A stretch of 20,000 bases of DNA from an uncultured virus (IMG/VR IMGVR_UViG_3300047181_000007) (IMGVR_UViG_3300047181_000007); one strand, 5' to 3'; positions 8,937-16,738 are shown, counted from the stretch's first letter. Notes: generated by a model from the letters alone, not told the origin. Numbers and translations are program-made.

Positions 8937-9332
8937 CTAGGTTCCTTGTAAGTAGGCAGAGTGCTGGATTCTCTTTACACGTGAGGCAAGAGTCCGTATG
9001 ATATTCACTGTGCCAGTCATAACAGTTTCTTCATATCCATTGGCATCTACTACATTTAGGTGGTGTCTGAATGTTCCATATATAGATCGGGTATCTGCTG
9101 AAGTTAGATGAATGATACAATCTCCATCTGTAGGAGGAACTACAATCTCAATACCATTATCCTCGCTGGTTTTCCTTAGCACCTCGACATACTTATCAGT
9201 CATCAGTACATAGTTCAACTGAGCATCAGTCAACTCTTTGTCAGCGCCAAGATGGTCTACGATGTGGACATGAATGTCTTTATCGTTTCCTGAGTAGAAG
9301 TCCTCTTTGATGTCCTGCTTTTCTAGTGTCAT
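8937..9332 (-). CDS. BppU N-terminal/Ig-like virion adaptor protein
   Basis: 131 aa. 'FYSGNDKDIHVHIVD..GADKELTDA...GDCIIHLTSADT...GTFRHHLNVVD...TVMTGTVNI' fits the BppU_N-type pattern. SD GGAGG. Confidence 0.6.
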   Translation of the reverse strand: MTLEKQDIKEDFYSGNDKDIHVHIVDHLGADKELTDAQLNYVLMTDKYVEVLRKTSEDNGIEIVVPPTDGDCIIHLTSADTRSIYGTFRHHLNVVDANGYEETVMTGTVNIIRTLASRVKRIQHSAYLQGT

Positions 9333-9357
9333 AGGTCCTCCATTCCATTAGATGGAA

Positions 9358-10950
9358 TTAGTCGGCAACTGGTTTCTTTGGAGTAGCTGGTTTCTTGGGT
9401 TGGGTAGTAGAGTTATTGACTGTAGTATTACCACCACCAAAGGGGACAGGAGGGGGAGCAAACTTAGCCTGAACCTTAGCATTTGTAGTAGCCAAGTCCT
9501 CAACCCACTGCAAGATTTGCTTGCGCTCTTCTGGAATATCCTCAACATCACCAGTAAGCTCAAGTAGATGCTCGATTGAACCAAGATTAGCACTTGCTCT
9601 CTGAACCCACTCTTGAACATCAGTCTCACGATCACGAGGCAGATTAGGTGCCCACATCTGCTTGATACGCATTTTGGTATGTTCTTCAGTAATACCAGCT
9701 AATCCTTTTATCTGCATCATACGAAGAAGCATTCGTTCTAATACATCAAGACCAGCTGTCCAGAAATATCGCTCCATATTGGTGTGACTTAGAAGTGCCC
9801 AAAAGCGCATGGCGAGTGTCATACCAGAACGCTGACTGCCCTCGTCTTCGCCTTCTGCAATTGCAGGAACGAATGAGTCTCTACGGTATTGATTATAGAT
9901 TTCTTTTACAAGGGATTGCATTGCAGCTGAAGCACGTGGAGTACGCACTTCTTCCATAGTAGGCTCTGGTTCTTGACCACTAATACCCTGCGAGTTTCCG
10001 AGGTCTACTACCTCTAACCACTCATTGACACGCTTGACTTGAATAGAACCGTTGATGTTTCGTACTGAGATAATAGGATGAGAGTCGTCATTTATAGCAT
10101 CTCCATAGTCACCATACCTAAGATTGAGTTCCTTGACCAGACCTTTCAGATGATCGAAAGCATTCCTACCTATGAACTCCCCTACACGGATGTGCGGAAT
10201 ATAGACAATTGGCACTTCTCCAAATGGATTATCTCCACCAAGTGGATACTTGGTTCCACCAATATCTACAGAGGCTTCCTGGTTATTGATACGAACCTCA
10301 TAAGTATCCCGAAGCCAATGCTCAGTGTACCAATAAGATAGATCATTGCCAGTTGGCTCATATCCCCAATGGACCGCTTGCTGTTGAGTAATCTCGTAGG
10401 CAATCCATCCTTCAGAAAGACGGTACATATCTGAAGCATCAGGATAACCAACAACAAATTTAGGATTGAGTAGCTCGACACGGATTGGAATAGACCGCCA
10501 TGTTTCCCACGGCACGTAGGTTGCCTTGAAGAAGCAACCACCATATATCTGAGACAGAATGGCATTCTCTACCATCACAGCCCGCCCATGATTTTCCCAC
10601 CAGACCATATTGAGTGGCTCTTCGGCTTTATCGGATTCGGGACCAGCAGGTAGCAACTTTGGTATTACTAATGGACGACCATCATTCTCTACTTCTCCAA
10701 ATAAGATATAGGCGTGTTTTAGAACAGTAGTTATGATTGGATTTATGTGCATCGGATAGACTTCTACTGGTTTTCCAGCAGCGTTGCTCCGAGTTTCATT
10801 TAGAGATTCACCAGTAAACCAAGTCTCTTGCTCCTGGTATACCTGAAGTTGTGCATTGTAGTCACTAGCAGGAAAATCAGGGAGGGTTTCCAACGAAAAG
10901 GCTGGTGTTGGAACAAAGAGTCCTTTGATAGTATTCAGAGTATTGAGCAT
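9358..10950 (-). CDS. Portal protein (SPP1 gp6-like)
   Basis: Follows TerL, ~530 aa. Motifs 'NPFGEVPIVYIPH...GRNAFDHLKGLVKELN', 'SGMTLAMRF' and 'WAPNLPRD'. Start placed at ATG 10950 (SD GGGAGG) rather than 11007. Confidence 0.85.
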   Translation of the reverse strand: MLNTLNTIKGLFVPTPAFSLETLPDFPASDYNAQLQVYQEQETWFTGESLNETRSNAAGKPVEVYPMHINPIITTVLKHAYILFGEVENDGRPLVIPKLLPAGPESDKAEEPLNMVWWENHGRAVMVENAILSQIYGGCFFKATYVPWETWRSIPIRVELLNPKFVVGYPDASDMYRLSEGWIAYEITQQQAVHWGYEPTGNDLSYWYTEHWLRDTYEVRINNQEASVDIGGTKYPLGGDNPFGEVPIVYIPHIRVGEFIGRNAFDHLKGLVKELNLRYGDYGDAINDDSHPIISVRNINGSIQVKRVNEWLEVVDLGNSQGISGQEPEPTMEEVRTPRASAAMQSLVKEIYNQYRRDSFVPAIAEGEDEGSQRSGMTLAMRFWALLSHTNMERYFWTAGLDVLERMLLRMMQIKGLAGITEEHTKMRIKQMWAPNLPRDRETDVQEWVQRASANLGSIEHLLELTGDVEDIPEERKQILQWVEDLATTNAKVQAKFAPPPVPFGGGNTTVNNSTTQPKKPATPKKPVAD

Positions 10951-11068
10951 GCTTCCTCCCAATTGAAAATGCAGAAAGAATGGAGTTTCATCCATTTCAA
11001 TCTGCATGTAGAGTAATTATAGTCTATCTTGACATTATTTACTAGCTTATCGGTTGACTTCATTTCTT

Positions 11069-12745
11069 TTATCTCGGTGGATGCTGCGCTTGGTGTGCTG
11101 TACCTGATCTACGGCTTCTTGCTTCACCAGATAACCTTCTAGCACCCACATCCAAGCCCTTATTACCCTGACTAGCACGAGCAAGTATTTCTTCAGTATC
11201 GACATGGAAGAATCCTCTTATTCCGTAAGCTGACATAGACATACAGGCTACAATGTCCTGTGCTATCTTCTTGTCTCTTTCAGCATCATAGTTAGTTAGT
11301 TGGCTACGTATTCCAGAAATAGACTTTGCCCAGGTCAAGAGTCTTGACTCAATAAACAGTCGGCAACAGGTAAGGTAAGCACTCTTGCCACCTCCTGAGA
11401 AATCCATCCCATGGATACCACGTACTATACCCAAAGGACTAACATAACCAGGGTCTTCAATAAGTGCATTAACATCATCTGGTGCTTTCTTTTGAGTAAA
11501 TCTCTTCCTAAAGATATGTTCATTGATAAGCTGAGCTGAGTTCTTTTGTGGTCCAGTGGAGTCAATATAGAATCTAACGGGTTTGTAGATTTCTGCAAAG
11601 TCAAGCATCCTATCCACAAAAGGAGCAATCTTTCCTCCACCATCCCCCCAATAAAAGGCAACGAGATGTGCTGGTAATTTGGGGAAATCCATGACATCCC
11701 AAACCATCAAGACAGGTGCATTCCGTTGAGGAGCTGTACCAATACCTGGGTCGCCAAAACCAATGTAGAGTTTTCCTGCTATTGGAGGCACAGTGAAGTA
11801 AGTAACACCAGCGCCATGCATTTTCTCAAAGGCGTAGTTAGGTTCGCCAGCAGCAGCAGCTCTTTCTACTAATTCACCCTCTAGAAGATCCTCGCAAGCA
11901 TAGACACTCTGTCTGTCAAAGAAGTTGCCACGTCCTTCTGGACGAGTACCCTCAATGAACCGTTCACGCTCTTCAATGGGGATACGAGCAACCATACGCT
12001 TCAGTTGCTCATCAGTCACATTCTTATTATGTCTAGTAGACACCACAAGAGAAAGATAGTTTTCGGGGTCTGCCATGGCTTGGTCAAAGTAATACCAGAG
12101 ATGGAAGTTATCCCACGAGTTTGAAATCATCGAGAAACGTCCTAGACGTTCTCTTCCTTTGACAGCACCACGTAAACGGGAACCAACATTGATAATAATG
12201 TCTTCAAGATTATCCAATAGACCAGCTTCGTCAATATTCAGCCAGTCACCTTCCCATGACAAGATACCTGTAGCATCTCTATCAGCAGACATGAACTCCA
12301 GATTGCTTTCATAAAGGGACTTGCCAATTCTATATCTAATGACAATTTTGGGAAATGGTTTCCTAGGTTGCTCCCAAATTAGGTCTTCAAAGCGTGTATT
12401 TCTAGCCCATAACAGAACCAGATCGTACATCTGCTTGGCTTGCCACGCTTTCTCTGCAACATTTAGGAATTTGAAATCCTTAGTAAGTAAACACCATGTA
12501 CAAGCAGACATGGCGATTCCCAAGGTCTTACCCGTACCAAAACCACCAATTACCGTTATATCCTTTTGGGATGCTTCATGTACTGTTCTCTGCCATGCCC
12601 CCTCTGGTACAAAGTTATCGTCAAACAACCAGCCCTTATCTGTTCCTGGCTGTCGGAAGAAGTAGTTGGTAATTACACTTGGGTCTTCGACACCTTGTTG
12701 CAGTATCTCTATCTCGCTAGGAGTGAGTACTGCTTCTTGTCTCAT
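11069..12745 (-). CDS. terL: Terminase large subunit
   Basis: 558 aa with Walker A 'GGFGTGKT', Walker B 'WLNIDEAG', motif III 'ISN' and an RNase H-like C-terminal domain ('IGFGDPG', 'YIDSTG', 'QDIV'). Directly upstream of the portal. Confidence 0.93.
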   Translation of the reverse strand: MRQEAVLTPSEIEILQQGVEDPSVITNYFFRQPGTDKGWLFDDNFVPEGAWQRTVHEASQKDITVIGGFGTGKTLGIAMSACTWCLLTKDFKFLNVAEKAWQAKQMYDLVLLWARNTRFEDLIWEQPRKPFPKIVIRYRIGKSLYESNLEFMSADRDATGILSWEGDWLNIDEAGLLDNLEDIIINVGSRLRGAVKGRERLGRFSMISNSWDNFHLWYYFDQAMADPENYLSLVVSTRHNKNVTDEQLKRMVARIPIEERERFIEGTRPEGRGNFFDRQSVYACEDLLEGELVERAAAAGEPNYAFEKMHGAGVTYFTVPPIAGKLYIGFGDPGIGTAPQRNAPVLMVWDVMDFPKLPAHLVAFYWGDGGGKIAPFVDRMLDFAEIYKPVRFYIDSTGPQKNSAQLINEHIFRKRFTQKKAPDDVNALIEDPGYVSPLGIVRGIHGMDFSGGGKSAYLTCCRLFIESRLLTWAKSISGIRSQLTNYDAERDKKIAQDIVACMSMSAYGIRGFFHVDTEEILARASQGNKGLDVGARRLSGEARSRRSGTAHQAQHPPR

Positions 12746-13011
12746 TTGTCCATCACCTGATTCAACCTGTAGAGGTTGTTCTTGAATATACGCTCAGCTT
12801 GCTCAATTTTGCCAATGTCATCAATTGGTATCTTCTCCCCACGCATCTTCCTGTCATAAATTTCCTTACAGCAGGCAGCGAATTTGAATAGCAAGATATG
12901 CTGTTCGGTCTTGGGGTCAACGTATACTCTGATTTCCTTAGGTGCATTACCTAGGGCAATCAAGGTAAGAATCATCCATCTGTCTTTTACCTCAAAATCT
13001 TCGTCTGTCAT
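12742..13011 (-). CDS. Small phage protein, DUF5659-like
   Basis: 89 aa with the pattern 'FEVKD..ILTLIALG...LLFKF...G..IPID...AERIFKNNLY', recognised by eye. ATGA-coupled to terL. Confidence 0.5.
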   Translation of the reverse strand: MTDEDFEVKDRWMILTLIALGNAPKEIRVYVDPKTEQHILLFKFAACCKEIYDRKMRGEKIPIDDIGKIEQAERIFKNNLYRLNQVMDK

Positions 13012-13229
13012 TTTGATATTCCTTTCGTGCTTCGTGACGAATAGAAGTCTTCGGCTGTACCTTGACGCACAAACATCACTGCATTATCCGTGTGACGTTG
13101 AAGCACTTTCCATAAAGCTCCCCCAAAGTCGATATAGCCAGGATGCTTCTCTTCTTCCCACATTGCAAGCATCACTGAGTATTGATCGTCTTCAGGATAA
13201 ACTCGAACCTCTTCAGTCGTTCCACTCAT
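13008..13229 (-). CDS. Hypothetical protein (73 aa)
   Basis: Start reassigned to MSGTTEE (SD GAGGAGG). ATGA-type overlap with the next gene. Confidence 0.65.
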   Translation of the reverse strand: MSGTTEEVRVYPEDDQYSVMLAMWEEEKHPGYIDFGGALWKVLQRHTDNAVMFVRQGTAEDFYSSRSTKGISK

Positions 13230-13371
13230 CGTCAATATCCTCCTCGGCATCTTCCATAATTTCTTTCAGACAATCAGGGCAATACCAATTCCCATCTTTG
13301 TATAGATAAGAACCAGTAGCTCCACAAGAATCACATGGTTCATCTGAATTGAAGGGTATTTCAATTGCCAT
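13213..13371 (-). CDS. Zn-ribbon microprotein with acidic tail (52 aa)
   Basis: Below the ORF-track cutoff: MAIEIPFNSDEPCDSCGATGSYLYKDGNWYCPDCLKEIMEDAEEDIDDEWND. Fills the gap between its neighbours with overlaps. Confidence 0.75.
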   Translation of the reverse strand: MAIEIPFNSDEPCDSCGATGSYLYKDGNWYCPDCLKEIMEDAEEDIDDEWND

Positions 13372-13642
13372 CCTTCTCTTTCTCCTCGATTCTATTATAG
13401 AGTTCCTCTAATCTTTCCATTAGATGGAACACTTTGACCAGAGTATCTAATCTTCTATCAATTTCATCGAGTCTTTTAGCAATATAGTCTTTCAGTGATT
13501 CTGGAGCAGCTGGAAATGGTGGATAAGGAAGGGAATAGGTTGTACCTGGGCAAGTATGTACATCACCATATTTCACAAAAGCCCCACAGGTAAAACATAT
13601 ATACCCATTTACATAATAGGCGTTTTCACTCTGATTAGACAT
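13361..13642 (-). CDS. Hypothetical protein with CxxC...HxC Zn site and coiled coil
   Basis: 'CFTCG...HTC' followed by the heptad 'IAKRLDEIDRRLDTL'. Start at MSNQ (SD GGAGG). Confidence 0.7.
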   Translation of the reverse strand: MSNQSENAYYVNGYICFTCGAFVKYGDVHTCPGTTYSLPYPPFPAAPESLKDYIAKRLDEIDRRLDTLVKVFHLMERLEELYNRIEEKEKDGN

Positions 13643-13775
13643 AGCATCCTCCATGCAGCATGAACTAATCCGTAATCGGCTCCATTTTCATTTTCATATA
13701 AGCAGCTGCGCTTGCCTAGTTGTTGTCCCCTTCACAAGCAGTAATGATTATACACCAATAATATACAAATAATGT

Positions 13776-14315
13776 TTACTTACCGATATGTTTCTGATCG
13801 AATGGGTCTTTGTCTATCCATAGAGTGATGTTCTTACCACCTACTCTACACTCATGTACTACTCTACCATGGGGCTCTTCACCAGGAGTAAAGTATGTGG
13901 CTCGTGTCTCTTCCATTATCTTATCCCGCCATACTTCAATTGCATCTAAGACCTTACCACAAGTCTTATACTCGACCACAATATACTCATCTAGCTTGAA
14001 TTTCCCCAATCTTCTCATTATCTGAATCCAGTGAATAATGTCGTTGGCAATTGTCTCTAGATACAGGTCTGGTGTCACATCTGTATCTAGCGCAATTGTG
14101 TAACCTCGTGACTCTTTGACAACCCACTTAGGCATACTGTACTCCTCTAAAATCTTATCAGATAACTTGGCTCTTTCAGAAATCTCTATATCTTCTCGAA
14201 AGAGTATCATACAGGCAATTCTGCGAGCTGTACTGCGTGCACCTTGACTATATCCAACTAACATACCAAGCCAGAAAGCCCCTACAGTAAAAGCGACTAC
14301 TATCCAATCAGGCAT
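13776..14315 (-). CDS. N-terminal TM segment fused to an IleRS type-2 C-terminal-like (DUF5915-like) domain
   Basis: aa 61-179 'GYTIALDTDVTPDLYLETIANDIIHWIQIMRR..KF.LDEYI.V.Y...VLDAIEVWRDKIMEETRA' parallels the remembered IleRS2 tail consensus 'VALDT.LTPEL..EGLARE.VRRIQ.LRK.AG..V.DRI...AI..H.DYI..ETLA'. aa 5-22 are hydrophobic. Confidence 0.72.
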   Translation of the reverse strand: MPDWIVVAFTVGAFWLGMLVGYSQGARSTARRIACMILFREDIEISERAKLSDKILEEYSMPKWVVKESRGYTIALDTDVTPDLYLETIANDIIHWIQIMRRLGKFKLDEYIVVEYKTCGKVLDAIEVWRDKIMEETRATYFTPGEEPHGRVVHECRVGGKNITLWIDKDPFDQKHIGK

Positions 14316-14354
14316 TATCCCATCTCCATTCTTCTCCTACTGCGACTTCTTGTG

Positions 14355-14984
14355 TTATTTGTAATGATAATCCAGCTCAGGATGTCTTTCACTGTACACA
14401 TCTCGCCTTCTAATTGAGGTATATCGCAATTCTGGTGGTTGTAGTTGCACAAGACTAATATCTAGCTTTCTTGGATGAATAAAATCGAAGTATAGGTCAA
14501 TAGGCTCAATAAGATGCTCCTTGTCCATCACAACAAACCACCAGGGAAGCTTTGTCAGACTATTGAGCTTGAACGTAGTATAGAAGTACTCTTTGTACCA
14601 GTATGGCACCCAAAACATGCCTGTATTCGATTGATTTACCAAGGCGTAGGCACACAATGGTAATGGGTACTCCTTGTAGTAAATATGGTTTTCACTATCA
14701 ATGAAAATGTTTGCTGTGTGCCAATCATCATAACAGCGATAATCCCATCCATGATTCTGTTTTACTTCAACTCGACCTGTTTCAGGAAGATATACATGAA
14801 CATCACCTCTATCATTGTGTTTTCGCTCTTTCTTGGAATATTCAACCCACTTAGCCTTGAAACCTTGCTCTAACAGAAACTTGCATACCGCTTTCTCAGA
14901 TTGCTCTGCACCTTCTACTAAATCATCAAACTGCTTTTGAGTAAGTCCACTAGGCGCTACATCTTCAGGCTTCACTATACTCAT
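14355..14984 (-). CDS. PD-(D/E)XK nuclease-like protein
   Basis: 'SEKAVCKFL..QG...RGDVHV......VEVKQ' catalytic pattern. Start at MSIVK by ATGA coupling with the upstream stop. Confidence 0.6.
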   Translation of the reverse strand: MSIVKPEDVAPSGLTQKQFDDLVEGAEQSEKAVCKFLLEQGFKAKWVEYSKKERKHNDRGDVHVYLPETGRVEVKQNHGWDYRCYDDWHTANIFIDSENHIYYKEYPLPLCAYALVNQSNTGMFWVPYWYKEYFYTTFKLNSLTKLPWWFVVMDKEHLIEPIDLYFDFIHPRKLDISLVQLQPPELRYTSIRRRDVYSERHPELDYHYK

Positions 14985-15346
14985 TTTGCTTTCCTCATTG
15001 TCCAAATGAATGCCTTTGTAAGCCCTGTCACTACCCTCTCTTCATGCTCAAGCCCATCTTCCCTCATCTCGTTGACTAATATGTGTACCAACTCGTGAAC
15101 AACGATCCGCTCAACCTTCCACTTCTTTAGCCCCTTGAACGCTGGCACATTTATGTAGACATGCGCTACCCCATACATCCAATTTACATCTACCTTCGAT
15201 GCTACAATCCTCCCATCACTCGCTGCCCCAAATGTGTCCAGTATCTCCTTCGCCTTATCTGCCCATATAATGTTTACCTCCCACCACCTAAGACCAAGCG
15301 GCGTCAACCACTTATTTATTACCTTCATTATCCCTTTTCTCTTCAT
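14981..15346 (-). CDS. Zincin-like metallopeptidase (HExxH)
   Basis: 121 aa, 'IVVHELVHILV...HEERVV'. Confidence 0.65.
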   Translation of the reverse strand: MKRKGIMKVINKWLTPLGLRWWEVNIIWADKAKEILDTFGAASDGRIVASKVDVNWMYGVAHVYINVPAFKGLKKWKVERIVVHELVHILVNEMREDGLEHEERVVTGLTKAFIWTMRKAK

Positions 15347-15681
15347 ATATCCTCCATCCTAATCATAATCTCGTCAGCTAACATACACTTTCCCGACCAC
15401 TTCAACCTTATATTCCCACGTACATAACACTTAATAATATACCTGTCCATCCTGGTATGCAAAGCACCAAAGAACTCCATGGCTCTCTCTTCACTATCAA
15501 AATAATGCCAACCCGATTTATAGTACTCCCCACCAGAACCATCACTGACCCATTTATGCCTACATTTATACCATATACCTAACGGTATAACTCTACTACG
15601 ATTGGTACCATGAAACAACGACATCACCTTGTCCCCCACTATCTCCACTACCTTGTATCCAACCACTACCCCATCATCCAT
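15343..15681 (-). CDS. Hypothetical phage protein, probably leaderless (112 aa)
   Basis: 'GYKVV...MSLF...SGWHYF...KCYVRG' pattern, common in phage accessory proteins. ATG 15681 is the 7th nt after a TATAAT. Confidence 0.65.
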   Translation of the reverse strand: MDDGVVVGYKVVEIVGDKVMSLFHGTNRSRVIPLGIWYKCRHKWVSDGSGGEYYKSGWHYFDSEERAMEFFGALHTRMDRYIIKCYVRGNIRLKWSGKCMLADEIMIRMEDI

Positions 15682-15687
15682 CCCTGT

Positions 15688-15717
15688 ATTATAGCGCATA
15701 GGCTTCGATATTTTCAA
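15688..15717 (-). promoter_or_regulatory. Sigma70-type leftward promoter
   Basis: TTGAAA (15717-15712), 18-nt spacer, TATAAT (15693-15688) at the head of the minus-strand arm. Confidence 0.7.
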
Positions 15718-15774
15718 CACCGTCCATTTTTAATAGGGTGATACTGGTTGGGGGGGACATATAGAAGTGAACGT

Positions 15775-15811
15775 GGGGTATGTTGACAAACTACCCCTGC
15801 TTCTATACCCT
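15775..15811 (+). promoter_or_regulatory. Sigma70-type rightward promoter with an inverted repeat over the -35
   Basis: TTGACA (15783-15788), 17-nt spacer, TACCCT (15806-15811). GGGGTA-N11-TACCCC dyad (15775-15797) brackets the -35. Confidence 0.55.
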
Positions 15812-15869
15812 CTACTACTCCCTACCCCCTAATGGGGGGAGGGGAGGCTCCCCTGGGGGGGGAGTATCG

Positions 15870-16180
15870 TGCCGCTTGGTGGCTCTTCTCTGCCTGAGCA
15901 GAAAAGGAGACTAACATGACACTATTTGAGGTTTATATCAATGGTGCACATACACTCAACATCTGCTGTAAGGATGGAGTAGAGCTTATCAACATGCTAA
16001 CTAAGATGGCTTTCCTATGCCAAAACGTAAGCATAAGAGATGTATTCTATGACTTATGGTTTGCTTGGAATGGCAAGTTCTTAGTACCACACAAGCAGAT
16101 AGGTTCTTATCAACGCTATCTGCATATAGTGGCTGACTAATCAATCTATAGCTCAGGCAGAAGAGAGCTACTAAGCAGCA
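15870..16180. repeat. 30-bp imperfect inverted repeat pair (15870-15899 / 16151-16180) enclosing one ORF
   Basis: TGCCGCTTGGTGGCTCTTCTCTGCCTGAGC vs GCTCAGGCAGAAGAGAGCTACTAAGCAGCA: 25 WC pairs, 3 G-U, 2 mismatches. Confidence 0.85.
15916..16140 (+). CDS. Hypothetical protein (74 aa)
   Basis: Strong SD AAGGAG close to the ATG; first gene of the rightward arm. Confidence 0.7.
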   Translation: MTLFEVYINGAHTLNICCKDGVELINMLTKMAFLCQNVSIRDVFYDLWFAWNGKFLVPHKQIGSYQRYLHIVAD

Positions 16181-16213
16181 GCATTGGACTCTATAAGGAA
16201 AGGAGAATAACCC

Positions 16214-16351
16214 ATGTTCATTACAGAGACAATCCAGATGCTGACTACTATGGCATACAACTTAGCTGGTGCTCTTAGTGTAGGCACATGCTTACCACTA
16301 ATGGTACTTGTTATGTTTGGCTATGTCGTATTTAGAGCAGCGAAAGACTAG
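16214..16351 (+). CDS. Small membrane peptide (45 aa)
   Basis: SD AAAGGAG; MFITETIQMLTTMAYNLAGALSVGTCLPLMVLVMFGYVVFRAAKD, one hydrophobic helix with a basic C-terminus. Confidence 0.65.
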   Translation: MFITETIQMLTTMAYNLAGALSVGTCLPLMVLVMFGYVVFRAAKD

Positions 16352-16531
16352 GTGCCCCTAAGCCTAGTGCGTTGCTATGCAAGAGTGCATGCTTGCATAG
16401 CAGGTGGGCAGTCCTGCCTATGACAATAGGCGCTCAGGATAGACAGCCTTATATCTTGCCCTAAGCAGGCAGTATTACACTGTTACTGCAAGAAGGCAAA
16501 GGCTGCTATCGCCAGGTACGATGCATTCAAT

Positions 16532-16738
16532 CACACGTGCATGCGTGCCAAAGATACGTAATCAGTACAGCTAAGCACAGTAATAGCGTGCTTGCATGTG
16601 CATGTTTACTAGTACGCAATACGCTATGCCTAGGCATAGTAGTACACGCATGTACATGCTTGCATACGCTACTACATGTGCATGTGTGTATGCATGTGTG
16701 TAGTATAGCATGTGCATATACATGTGTATGTGTATGTA
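16532..16738. repeat. Alternating purine/pyrimidine, palindrome-rich non-coding tract
   Basis: Strict RY runs at 16532-16548 (17 nt), 16642-16659 (18), 16673-16702 (30) and 16708-16738 (31). Perfect palindromes CTATGCCTAGGCATAG (16624-16639) and GCATGTACATGC (16648-16659). Confidence 0.85.

Noticed and set aside
10951..11007. Longer portal start at 11007
   Set aside because: ATG 10950 has a clear GGGAGG SD. A TATAAT at 11016-11021 may be a promoter, but it lacks a good -35.
11069..12745. Intein or intron in terL or portal
   Set aside because: Both ORFs are continuous, of normal length, and show no intein motifs.
843..13309. Many 60-140 aa ORFs nested in or antisense to the long minus-strand genes
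   Set aside because: They overlap well-supported genes and show no recognisable motifs.
13747..13775. Minus-strand promoter (TATAAT at 13747-13752)
   Set aside because: No -35 or TGn extension at proper spacing; AT-rich context makes a chance match plausible.
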